A DNA stretch of 64,000 nt from an uncultured bacterium. Its GTDB lineage: Bacteria > Chloroflexota > UBA5177 > JANWHV01. Below the pieces are notes generated by a model that made no database searches, was not told the origin of the DNA, and saw nothing but the letters and a program-made list of their open reading frames with translations. The stretch's first letter is position 1. Each line of letters opens with the position of its first letter. The stretch covers positions 608,001 through 672,000 of the forward strand of contig CAWHAE010000010.1 of the NCBI GenBank assembly GCA_963827235.1, read 5' to 3'. The position numbers and the translations under genes were made by a program. Shown in pieces: positions 51,618-61,231 of this stretch.

Positions 51618-53101
51618 GATGGCTCCGGATTCCCTGCGCTAGGCCAGCCAAACCCGATCAACAGCGAACTGCCCAGGCAAAGCAGCCCAGCAACCACCAT
51701 CAGGAGCATGCGACAATTCATGGAACCAATGCCTCGCGACAGGCTGTACATAAGCATAGCGATAGAGCCGGCCACCAAGACAGCTATGACCATCCTTCCC
51801 AAGTGCAGTCTGTAGCGGCGATCATCCACGAGAAGGTACAAACCAATAGAGAGGCCCAGGAGACTCGCGACGGTATGCGCCAGTGCAAAAACCGAGAGCG
51901 AGTCATGAGTGAGATCAAGCAGAATCGAGCCGCCAACAAGCAAGAACGCGAGCGAAGCGCAGGCTGATAGCATGGCAGCGCCGATCCTGTCCTGAGCCAC
52001 AAGCGTCCATATTACCAGTTGAACACCCAGGGAAGACACGATCATAGGCGCTAAGAACCTCAACGGTGTGCTGGCGAAGGCGTACTTATTCGCGAACAGG
52101 ATTGCGAGCAAGTCTCCAGAATAGCATATGAGGACCGTTGATCCGGCAATGCCACCGCACATCAGTATGCGGTAGAACACATCAAAGTAGTTGGCTGCCT
52201 CGGACCGCTTCTTCTGTGCCAGAAGCCAGCAATACCGGGGATAGTAGACCGCGTTCTGCATAATGTTGGATGCGCTGGCAGGAAACGTGGCGATAGAAAG
52301 CGCAAGACCAAAAGCCGCGTCCTCAGTGTAAAGGTTTAGAGAACCAAGGATAAGTGTTCCAAACATTCCGCTGAAGGCGGTGACTAGTGTCAGAATGTAG
52401 ATTCTACTAGCCGAAATAAGATCCCTGCGAAGCTCTCGATAAGCTAGTCGACGTAGTTGTGACTTAATCTTGAGGAGCGGAGGGAAGCAACCGATGGCGA
52501 TGCACATGGAAGGAAGGTAGGACAGGGCCACCAACGTGAAGATTAGACCGAAACGTGGGCGGTGCAAACCAATGGCGATTACTGAGGCGAGATAGAGAAG
52601 CGGAGGAAGCACCTGGAGCAGAGAGCCAAATACTGCCCATCCATAGCCTTGCAGAAACGAGACAAAGAAGTCGGTGATCAGCGCAGCCGAGCCAACGGCC
52701 AGGCCTGCGGCCACTGTGTCCATCTGTGCGGCCTTCAATAGGCACGCAGCGATCAGTAGTAGACCACAGGTGGCCACACGAGAGACTGAGAGGTGCGTAG
52801 CTTCTCGCAGGATAGTGGCATCGGTTGGCAGGGCGCTGTATCGAGCAGCCACAATCCTGCCTCTCGTGCCCAGTCCCATGCTGCCCACGAGTATGACCAC
52901 ACCCACAACGCTGAAGAAGAACACGACCTTGCCGTATTCGTCGGCGGGCATCGCGCGTGCAAGCAGTAGGCCGGTCGCCGCAGTGCTGACCGGCAGCGTG
53001 AAGCTCGCCGCTCCAACGAGCGCTATCTTCCAGCTCAGCCTGGAAGATACCGATCGAGCGAGCCTGCCAGGTTGGAAGCGGTGAATGCCTAACACCTGCA
53101 T
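51614..53101 (-). CDS. wzx: Wzx-type oligosaccharide flippase
   Basis: LLARAM..DEYG, about 12-14 TMs, YP motif, LF..KY. Confidence 0.8.
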   Translation of the reverse strand: MQVLGIHRFQPGRLARSVSSRLSWKIALVGAASFTLPVSTAATGLLLARAMPADEYGKVVFFFSVVGVVILVGSMGLGTRGRIVAARYSALPTDATILREATHLSVSRVATCGLLLIAACLLKAAQMDTVAAGLAVGSAALITDFFVSFLQGYGWAVFGSLLQVLPPLLYLASVIAIGLHRPRFGLIFTLVALSYLPSMCIAIGCFPPLLKIKSQLRRLAYRELRRDLISASRIYILTLVTAFSGMFGTLILGSLNLYTEDAAFGLALSIATFPASASNIMQNAVYYPRYCWLLAQKKRSEAANYFDVFYRILMCGGIAGSTVLICYSGDLLAILFANKYAFASTPLRFLAPMIVSSLGVQLVIWTLVAQDRIGAAMLSACASLAFLLVGGSILLDLTHDSLSVFALAHTVASLLGLSIGLYLLVDDRRYRLHLGRMVIAVLVAGSIAMLMYSLSRGIGSMNCRMLLMVVAGLLCLGSSLLIGFGWPSAGNPEPS

Positions 53102-53224
53102 CAGTCGCTCACAGCCCGGCTTGGCGGCGACCCACAACCCAAGACCACGTCGTCACTGTGCGACACCTCACCGTCCGGACTCGCGTGTACGAAGAGAGGC
53201 ATTTCAGCGCACCAGTATCGTTGT

Positions 53225-54382
53225 TTACCACCGCACACGCCGCCCGCGACTGAGAAGATCAAGAGTCGGTGCCGCCCATACGGCGAAGTCTATCAAGGTG
53301 AGTGCCGGCAGGCACACCCAAAGCCGTCGTGGCGGCTTCCCGTAACCGAGGCGGGCCGCCATACCTACGTAGCGTATCTTGGCACAGACAGCCTGGCTGT
53401 ACAGGACCAGCCACGCGTAAGTGGGCAGACGCCCGAACACAGCTGAAAGAGAGGGCAGAAGCAGCATTACGAGTCCAGTGTGCGATGTCCTGAGCGTGAG
53501 CATGACGTCACGTTTCGACTTGTAGACCCGACCGAAGATCAACAGGTTGCGCAACCACCGAGACTGCTGTCGCCTATATGCTGCCAGAGTGCCTGGGTAC
53601 TCGGTAGCGACGACGCTTGACGCGACGTGCCGAATGCCGGCTCCGCGGTCGATGAGGCGCCGCGCAAGGTGATAGTCAGTGCCGGTCGCAGCCAAGAAGT
53701 CCAGGCCTCCTATGGTGCTGATGGCCGCTCGCGTTACAGCGGCATTCCGGCCCAGCAGGCCCTGCGCGTACGCGGGCGAGGAGGCATTGGATGCCAAATC
53801 CCGCGCCCATAGATAGTAGGGCAGTACTCTGCTGATCTGTCGATCCAGAGGTCGCGACCAGCCCGTCGTGACGACCTCCTCCTCGTTGACGATTGGCTCC
53901 AGAAGCCGAAGCAACGCCTCGTCATTGAGGCGACAATCAGCGTCAGTGAGATACATGACCTCGCCAACCGCACGCTCGAAACATCGGGCGAGAGCGTGCT
54001 GCTTGCCTTCGTTCGGTACTTGCTCCAGTACGACAATCCGCGATCCCGCGTGCTGCTTAGCCAGGTCAAACGTGTGATCGGAGCCGCCGGCGCACAGGAC
54101 GAGCTCGCAGTCAGGATAGGTCAGCGCCAGAAAAGAGGCGATATGTGCTTCAATGTGTGCCTGTTCATTCCAGGCGGCTACGAGAACGCTAACCTTCGGC
54201 GTGCGGGGCAACGAAGGCAGCTGCCGTCGCTGTGCCCGCAGCCTTTGCACGCTCGCCTTGTCGGTTTGCCACAGGAGCCAGTTCCGCGCCAGCACCGATA
54301 AAGTAGCGATAGCCACACATTGTTCCAGGTGACGGTTCAACGTGGTGCCGGCCTGCTTCAATAGCCGCATCATCGCATCCAA
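53225..54382 (-). CDS. GT2 glycosyltransferase (processive-like)
   Basis: VSVLVAAWNE, GK..AL, TDAD, TD, QQSRW. Confidence 0.88.
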   Translation of the reverse strand: MDAMMRLLKQAGTTLNRHLEQCVAIATLSVLARNWLLWQTDKASVQRLRAQRRQLPSLPRTPKVSVLVAAWNEQAHIEAHIASFLALTYPDCELVLCAGGSDHTFDLAKQHAGSRIVVLEQVPNEGKQHALARCFERAVGEVMYLTDADCRLNDEALLRLLEPIVNEEEVVTTGWSRPLDRQISRVLPYYLWARDLASNASSPAYAQGLLGRNAAVTRAAISTIGGLDFLAATGTDYHLARRLIDRGAGIRHVASSVVATEYPGTLAAYRRQQSRWLRNLLIFGRVYKSKRDVMLTLRTSHTGLVMLLLPSLSAVFGRLPTYAWLVLYSQAVCAKIRYVGMAARLGYGKPPRRLWVCLPALTLIDFAVWAAPTLDLLSRGRRVRW

Positions 54383-55695
54383 AACTCAGGCGCACTCGTT
54401 GTCGCCCAGGGTCGTCCTTTTTCCCAGAGATAGACAAGGCGGCCATTATGACTTCGAAACGCCAGTGTCCTTGAATCCTCGACCATGCGCAGGAACCTAC
54501 CCCGAAAGATGCAGTATTGCTCAAATTGGACGCCGCGCTCCGCGGGCGGTACGGTGCCTGAAACGTGAGCGGTCAGATACCGAAAGGCCTTGTCGCACCA
54601 CCCCACCACGTGCAACAAGTCCCTGGCGTCAGGAAGCCAGTCGGGTCGGCCGCTGGCCTGGCCGCCGAATCCAGTTGCTGTCTGGAGGCCGCCGGAGGTG
54701 TCCTGCCCACTCAGCATGTATGCCTCCGTAGCGCCAAGTCTCACCTCACCAGCATACGGTCTGAGGAGGTCGACGGCTCGCAGGACATCCCCTAAAGCAG
54801 CGAACCAGGCCGGAAAGCGGCTCGATCGTGAGTTGGCATAGACTACCGTTGGAAGCGAACCATCTGCCAAAGCCCATCGCTCGACAAAGAGCATGATCCG
54901 CCTTGCAGCGTCCAGATATCGCTCGCTCTTGGTCCAGGTGTAGGCTGCGACGAGTGCAGGTACGCAACGCGCATTGTAGATGGGAAAGTACTTCTCTACG
55001 ACTCGATCGCCAAGGGAATTCTGAGCGATTGCGCCGTCCAGTCTGCCGGCAGTTCCCCTCACCTGGTACTGCAAGATGCGCTCGATGTTCGGGAGCGCAT
55101 ATTGTTCGACCCAGGATCCGTCTCCGGTGAGCTCAGCGAGCAAGAACAGTGCTTCGCAGGCAGTGGCGGCCTTGTTCGGCACAAAAGAGCTTGTGCTGGG
55201 GCTGTCCCGGAACGAGCGCGTTTGTGCGTCCCACAACTTGACGAGATAGTAGGATTCCAGGTTGCGCTGAGCGCATGCACCGTATTTTTGCCATTCCGCG
55301 GAGCCAATCCGCCTTAAGGCCAGGGCAAGCCTCAGCAGGCCGGCATCGCAGGCCGCCTCATGAGGCGTGCCAGCGCTGGCTGGGTTGATCTCAAACGCCG
55401 AGGCCACGAAATGACCGGTCTCCAATTGGCCGGCGACAAGGTCATCGCCGGCCCGACATGCCTTGCGTAGCCAGCGCTCTTCGCCTGTGCGGACCCAAAG
55501 CTGCAAATAGCCGGCGATAATCCCTTCATATCGCCAGTCCATGGCGGGACCAGTAAAAAGCAGGCTCTGTTGCCACCAGTGGGCTACCGGGCCACCGTAC
55601 CCTCCGCCATCGGGCCCACGCATGGTATCCAACCACGCATCCAACTGGGCGACTGCAACGTCCACATGGCTGGTCGCACTCACAACAACCGACAT
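54370..55695 (-). CDS. Uncharacterised (alpha/alpha)-toroid-like protein
   Basis: Repeats of L...TG..W/Y...A...L...Q...G.F type; coupled to neighbours. Confidence 0.6.
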   Translation of the reverse strand: MSVVVSATSHVDVAVAQLDAWLDTMRGPDGGGYGGPVAHWWQQSLLFTGPAMDWRYEGIIAGYLQLWVRTGEERWLRKACRAGDDLVAGQLETGHFVASAFEINPASAGTPHEAACDAGLLRLALALRRIGSAEWQKYGACAQRNLESYYLVKLWDAQTRSFRDSPSTSSFVPNKAATACEALFLLAELTGDGSWVEQYALPNIERILQYQVRGTAGRLDGAIAQNSLGDRVVEKYFPIYNARCVPALVAAYTWTKSERYLDAARRIMLFVERWALADGSLPTVVYANSRSSRFPAWFAALGDVLRAVDLLRPYAGEVRLGATEAYMLSGQDTSGGLQTATGFGGQASGRPDWLPDARDLLHVVGWCDKAFRYLTAHVSGTVPPAERGVQFEQYCIFRGRFLRMVEDSRTLAFRSHNGRLVYLWEKGRPWATTSAPEFWMR

Positions 55696-56417
55696 TAGAC
55701 CCCGGATCCCGCCGCAGTCCGTCGAAGAATAGCCAACGCTACCGTCGACAGTGTCACCCGGAGGCCGGACGTCCGATATGCCAGGCGGCCCGCGAAGTGA
55801 AAGCGATCTGCAAGGTCCGGGCGGTCAAGTCGCTCCAGGACCCGGCTGACTTGGTTCAACGCGATGGCGGCAGGTGAATGCAGGCCGTAAACGCCGCTGA
55901 CGCTAAACCCACTGCACTTCAGGGCCCGGTAGAGGCGCCAGACTGCAGCCGGGTTCATGGCCACTGGATGACCCACCCACGTTCGACGTTCCGGAAGTAG
56001 GCGCGCCAGGGGCAGGGAGAGGATCAGAGCAAGCGGCGCTCCCGGCAATAGCTGGCAGGAAATCCTGTCGAGCTGCGTTCGCCAGTCTTCAACCATGGGC
56101 TCGAGCCATAGAGCGGCGCGTCCGTGCTGTGTTGTACTAACTGTCAAACGCTGTTGCACTTCTCGCTTCAGCTGCGGCACATTACAGTAAACCAGCACGC
56201 TGTCGCTCGCGGCACTTGTTAGCACCGCCGTTGCGACGTCGAGCGCATAGCGATACTCGAGCGGTGCCAGGTCGTACACGGGAAGAGCAACCCCGATCGC
56301 GGTGGCATCGTTCAAGCATACTTCCGACGTTCGCATGAGCACCGACTCCCGTGGAGCTTCCAACCGCCTACAGCTGTGCTTCAATACCCAGGAAGGACCT
56401 GAGCAGTGCGCCGACAT
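55695..56417 (-). CDS. Hypothetical protein, possibly a degenerate class I methyltransferase fold
   Basis: LLPGAPL...L...GFSV..VYG resembles the MTase C-half; no GxGxG motif; stop/start overlap at 55695. Confidence 0.5.
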   Translation of the reverse strand: MSAHCSGPSWVLKHSCRRLEAPRESVLMRTSEVCLNDATAIGVALPVYDLAPLEYRYALDVATAVLTSAASDSVLVYCNVPQLKREVQQRLTVSTTQHGRAALWLEPMVEDWRTQLDRISCQLLPGAPLALILSLPLARLLPERRTWVGHPVAMNPAAVWRLYRALKCSGFSVSGVYGLHSPAAIALNQVSRVLERLDRPDLADRFHFAGRLAYRTSGLRVTLSTVALAILRRTAAGSGV

Positions 56418-56423
56418 CTCGTC

Positions 56424-57458
56424 CTACGTCCGCAATATCAGCCGCGCCGCGTTCGCGTAGTAAACCTGCAGAAGGATATCGTCGGGTAGGCTGACGCCGT
56501 AGATGTTCCAGCGCCCTTCACGGCTGATCGGGCGGGCGCCATACGGGAAGTACTCGTCCTCGGTCTCGAGGAATCGGCAATAGGGTGCGTAGACAGACAC
56601 ATCATTTGGCATGAAGTCCAGGCCAAACAGGATGCGATCTGGATGCCGCTCGAATAGCCGGCGCGCTGAATAGGGCTGCCGACCCAACCCGGCCACACTG
56701 GACGAAATGTCTATGTTGAACTGCGGATAGGTATCCAACATCCTGCTGACCCAGGCCAGATCCTCAACGTAGCATCCTACGTGAGCGCCGATGAAGGTGG
56801 TTCTCGGATGGCGGCAAACCAGGTGTTCGAATTGCTCGATAAGGACTGCGAAGCGTGGGAACCGCGAGTCGTGGAAATCGTACCAGGGATGCGCGCGCAT
56901 GTCCTCCCACCGCTCATTGAATCGGTTAGGCGGTTGAAAGAAGGCCGGCGCATCCGCCACGTGGACCATAACCGGAATGCCAAGCTGACCCGCCGCCTCC
57001 CACATGTCAACAAGGCGGGCGTCGTCCACCGGAATCAGACGGCCATGCCTATCACGCAGGCAGAGCCCGAGGTCCTTCCAGACCTTTAGACCACGTGCAC
57101 CACGACGCACGCTGTCCTCTAGCTGCTTAGCCATTCGAGCACCAAAATCCGGCTTGGCCAGTAGGTGCCAGTCGTTGCGAGCGAACGTCACGAATCGGCC
57201 GGGGTGGGCTCGGTCGTATCAATCCAGGTTCGCCTCTAGCTCTGCCCCCCACATTCCGTCCAAATTGCAGATCGTGCGAATATTGCACGCGTCGAGAATG
57301 CCAAGCAGGTCCGAGACATTCGGGCACCTCCAATCGAGATCCGCGGTTCGCCATCGGCCCAGGTGACTATGCGCGTCGACGGCGGTGAACCTGGGCTGAC
57401 TGACATGATGCTGCCCGTTGACCAGCATCGACCGCGGCTCATAATCGGCCAGATACAT
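56424..57458 (-). pseudogene. Amidohydrolase_2 family gene interrupted by in-frame TGA (57219-57221)
   Basis: VDAHSHLG in the first part; GARGLK, HVAD, GAH, ILFGLD in the second part, same frame; NLD*YDRAHPGRF. Confidence 0.85.
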
Positions 57459-57571
57459 ATCGTGGCGTGACGACCAAGACCGCCACATGTCGACGCACTG
57501 CCGCACGACAGGCCGAAGGCGCCTGAACTTCACTTGGGTCAGTTTACGTTTCTCGGGGCATGGGCCAAATG

Positions 57572-58876
57572 TCACGGGTCTGGGACCTGGCGAGATACAT
57601 CTGGACGCATTGCCCACTCAGGTCGGGATGTGCCCCGTTGCCACGCGAGCACCTGTTCGTAGACCTCCTCCAATTGTTCGCCAATGCATTGCCAGTCATA
57701 GCGGGACTCAACTTTGCGTCGCCCGGCAAGGCCCATAGCTTTGCGTGCCATCTCATCGCCGAATACTCGACTGATTGCCTCTGCGAGAGCCGCAGCGTCG
57801 GCCGGCGGCACCAGCAAGCCGTCCCGGCCGTGGTCCACGACCGTCCGGACACCGGGCAGATTGCTTGCGATCACCGGGGCGCCACTGGCCAGCGATTCCA
57901 GCAGCACGAGACCAAAAGCCTCACCCATGGTGGTCGACGGCAGCACTGTAACGTCCGCGAGCCGGTAGTAATCAGGTAAGTCGCAGTCGGCAACTCGACC
58001 GGCGAAACTCACTCGATCGGCCAAGCCCAGGCCGGCCGCGGCCGCTTCGTACTGGCGCCGCAGATCTCCATCGCCAACAATTACGCTCTTCACGTTGGCA
58101 GGCAAAGCGGCGAGCGCAGAAAGCAGCACATCCACGCCCTTGAAATAGTGAGCTCGATCCAACCCGGCTACCAGAAGCACAACCCTATCGCCCGGCGAGG
58201 CGCGGTACCGCTCGCTCAACTCGCGTGAAGGAGCACCCGGCGCAAAGACCGAGGCATCAACTCCATTGGCGAGCGCGCCGATCTGCCGATGGCGGAGCAT
58301 GGGCCGGACATGCGAGGCGCGTCCGTAATCCGCCGACGTGAACAACACCCGCGCCGCCGAACGCAATGTGATGTGCCCAACTGAAGCGCGTAAGATCCGC
58401 TCTACTCCACCGAGCAGCCCGTTCAGGAGTACATCCTGGTGGTAAGTGATCACGAGAGGAATACGCCGCACGCGGGCGGCAAGCGCGGTGGCCTCACCAC
58501 CCAAGAACGGGTAATGGAGGTGGATCACGTCGAAGGCGTGAAGAGCCACGACGAGCTGTGGGGTAAGCGGCGCATTACCGACGCGCACCAGCGGGCGGAA
58601 CCGGTGGACGTGGACACCGTCGCCTACGGACTCCGCGGGGTACCCGGGTGCGGCGGCCGTGAACACATGCACGCAGTGGCCACGACGCGCCAGTTCGCGA
58701 GCATCATGGAAGCAGACGTTGCCCGTCCCGCCGCGGTAAGGCGGATACGTCGCCGTCACATGCGCGATCCGCAGCCTTGGGGACTTGCGCGTGCGGCGCC
58801 ACGTACGTGGCGCTAAGTCTGGCGCATCTGAGCCACCGTCGACGATAGCCGATGCGTTAGCGGGCAGATCCGTCAT
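57572..58876 (-). CDS. GT4 glycosyltransferase
   Basis: YPPYRGG, TYHQD, FKG, EAFGLVLLESLASG. Confidence 0.92.
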   Translation of the reverse strand: MTDLPANASAIVDGGSDAPDLAPRTWRRTRKSPRLRIAHVTATYPPYRGGTGNVCFHDARELARRGHCVHVFTAAAPGYPAESVGDGVHVHRFRPLVRVGNAPLTPQLVVALHAFDVIHLHYPFLGGEATALAARVRRIPLVITYHQDVLLNGLLGGVERILRASVGHITLRSAARVLFTSADYGRASHVRPMLRHRQIGALANGVDASVFAPGAPSRELSERYRASPGDRVVLLVAGLDRAHYFKGVDVLLSALAALPANVKSVIVGDGDLRRQYEAAAAGLGLADRVSFAGRVADCDLPDYYRLADVTVLPSTTMGEAFGLVLLESLASGAPVIASNLPGVRTVVDHGRDGLLVPPADAAALAEAISRVFGDEMARKAMGLAGRRKVESRYDWQCIGEQLEEVYEQVLAWQRGTSRPEWAMRPDVSRQVPDP

Positions 58877-58969
58877 CGCATCCCTGCGCTTCCCCGACAG
58901 CTTAAGGACGGCTCACTGGCGGTCGAGCGCGGAGTCACAATACCGGCCCACACGGCCTGCAGGGTCGGT

Positions 58970-59203
58970 CTAGCCGGCACCGGCGATCTTCACTCCCATG
59001 ATGCACACGAGACTGACGAGAAGGGGCAGAATGCCGATATTCAGCACACGCCCCCACCGAATGGCGCGTGTGCTGTTACCCGCCGATGCTACCTCTTTCA
59101 TCACCAGGAGCGCAATAAGGGTCAGCGTCAGCATCAGACCCAGCGCTGCTCCGAATGTGATCACCGTCGTGGTCGTAACCGTCGTCGTCACCGTCGTCAT
59201 CAA
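58970..59203 (-). CDS. Small two-TM protein with poly-Thr N-terminus
   Basis: GGGAGGA RBS; MTTVTTTVTTTTVITFG-TM-KE...R..R-TM-KI; first gene of the operon. Confidence 0.8.
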   Translation of the reverse strand: MMTTVTTTVTTTTVITFGAALGLMLTLTLIALLVMKEVASAGNSTRAIRWGRVLNIGILPLLVSLVCIMGVKIAGAG

Positions 59204-59514
59204 GATCCTCCCGCCTTGCGCCCATCGCCCGGAATCAACACTTCACATCATCCCTGAGTCCTTCTGTCGTCGTTCGAGGTCGCTCGCGCACCAGGAGAAT
59301 ATGGCGTACTTCTGTGCCGGTATGTTGTTCTATTCGTCCAGGATATCGATAACCGTCGAGAAGTTCAAGACGATCAGCCCCACGATCCGACCGCTCGGCA
59401 AGGCCAGCCGAGCATAGTAAACACCCAGCGCGCGGGAAGACGCACTGAGCAGCCAAGGTGAGCGCTAGAAACTGAGCAGACCGATCGTCGCCAAGACCAA
59501 TAGCACGATTGGTC

Positions 59515-59827
59515 AGCCTCACCTTAGCACAAAAGAAACGGGTCCGCAATGGTGGCAAGACATTATAGCGGTTCCCTTCGAAACTGCAATAGCATTATCC
59601 AGCTATGTCACGGTAGTACAGACGGCAGGTCTTCCACCGGCTCCGGGCGCTAACGAATGCGGCTGCAGGCCGGCCCGGGAGACCGGGGGGCAACTCGATG
59701 CGCTGTTCATAAGCAGACGAGTGTGGCTCGTAGTGGCCCTCCTCGTGCTTGCCGTGACCGGCTACCCCGCCACGCTGGAGCGCAAGACCTCGCCGGCAAT
59801 GATCGCCGGGCGCACCGCCTTGAACCT
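59515..59827. repeat. Degenerate duplicate of 62391-62709 (minus-strand sigma-70 promoter + leader + relic DUF4012 5' end)
   Basis: TTGCAG-N16-TATAAT, GCCACCATTGCG, TTTTGTGCTA.GGTGA; relic ORF ...GY...AGRTALNL. Confidence 0.75.
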
Positions 59828-59997
59828 TCGCGAGCTGGGCCAACGGGTACCAGGCGACTCATCGCGAACGTCGTGCGTGAAAGCAGCCATGCTGCCTCTT
59901 GCCAGTGATATGCTACAGGAAGTCCGGCCGCAGTTACCGCCGAAGCCAGCAGGGGCAGGGCGCGATCACAGGCACTCCCGAGTCTAGGGACGAAAGC

Positions 59998-61068
59998 ATG
60001 AAGGACCAGGTTCCCCGAGCCAGCGTCATCATAGTCAGCTGGAACAGCCGAGAACATCTCCAGACGTGCCTGAACTCGTTGCTAGAGCACAGAGGCGATG
60101 ATTGTGAAGTCGTACTGCTCGACAACAATTCCGTGGACGGCAGCGCCGACTTTGTCGAGCAATCTTATCCGTGGGTTCATCTCGTGCGCTCGCAGGTCAA
60201 CTGCGGCTTCGCGGCAGGGAACAACCGAGCCGTCGCCGCCTCGAGTGGCTCCTACGTGGTCGGGCTCAATCCAGACACGGAGGTGACCGCTGGCTGGCTT
60301 GACGCTTTGCTGAGGCCGCTGGAAGGGCCCCGGAATGGGAGGACAGGATCGCTCCGAGTTGGGCTTACAACGCCGCGGCTGCTGATGATGCAGAACCACG
60401 ACATAGTCAACGCATGTGGCGACATGACGCACTACACGGGCATCACGATTTGCCGGGGTTTCGGTCAGCGCAGCGAGCAGCCCGAGTTCGCCCGGGCACG
60501 CGAGGTGTCTGTAATATCCGGCGCTTGTTTCGCTCTAAGCCGCGCACTTTGGGATGAGTTGCACGGCTTTGACTCAAACATCTTCGCATACCTAGAAGAT
60601 ACCGATCTCTCCTTGCGAGCACGGACGCTGGGCTACGGGACCCTATACGTGCCAGATGCAATTGTCTATCACAGGTATGGAAACTCATTCCCAGCCAGCA
60701 AGTTTTATTATCTGGAACGCAACAGAGAACTGATGATTCTGAAGGTCTTTTCTGCACGTACGATTCTGCTCATGCTGCCGGCGCTCCTGCTAACCGAGTG
60801 TATTACTTGGGCGTTCGCGTTATGGAAAGGACCAGCATACATTGCAGAGAAGGTCCGCGCCTATGCCTGGCTCATAGCGCATGCGCCCACGGTGATCGCC
60901 GCTCACAACGTTGTGCAGCGCAGGCGCACGCTCGGCGACTCCGCCATTTTACAGGCTCTGACCCGGAAGTTGGATTTTTCGCAGCTGCTGCCGCCCGGGG
61001 CGGCCCGCCTCGCCGGGGTCGCTGCAAATCCGCTCTTTATTCTCGTGCGGATGTGGCTGGGAAGGTAG
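59998..61068 (+). CDS. GT2 glycosyltransferase (WbbL/rhamnosyltransferase-like)
   Basis: SVIIVSWN, DNNSVDGS, NCGFAAGNN, LNPDT, GAC, F.YLEDTDL. Confidence 0.92.
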   Translation: MKDQVPRASVIIVSWNSREHLQTCLNSLLEHRGDDCEVVLLDNNSVDGSADFVEQSYPWVHLVRSQVNCGFAAGNNRAVAASSGSYVVGLNPDTEVTAGWLDALLRPLEGPRNGRTGSLRVGLTTPRLLMMQNHDIVNACGDMTHYTGITICRGFGQRSEQPEFARAREVSVISGACFALSRALWDELHGFDSNIFAYLEDTDLSLRARTLGYGTLYVPDAIVYHRYGNSFPASKFYYLERNRELMILKVFSARTILLMLPALLLTECITWAFALWKGPAYIAEKVRAYAWLIAHAPTVIAAHNVVQRRRTLGDSAILQALTRKLDFSQLLPPGAARLAGVAANPLFILVRMWLGR

Positions 61069-61231
61069 TTGCTGGATCTGCACACGTAGACCCAGCATCG
61101 GGTGGCCCGTGAGAGACATCGCCCGGCCCTGCTGGTATGTGCTGAGTAGCATTCCGGTTGGGGTGCCCATCCAGGCCAGCCATCAGACCAGCAGGTTCGC
61201 CCCGCCTAGTCTGCACAACAGCCCACAAAGC

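Noticed and set aside
57219-57270. Selenocysteine recoding of the amidohydrolase TGA
   Set aside because: Position is not a Cys-type catalytic site, no convincing SECIS hairpin follows, and CGA>TGA is simpler
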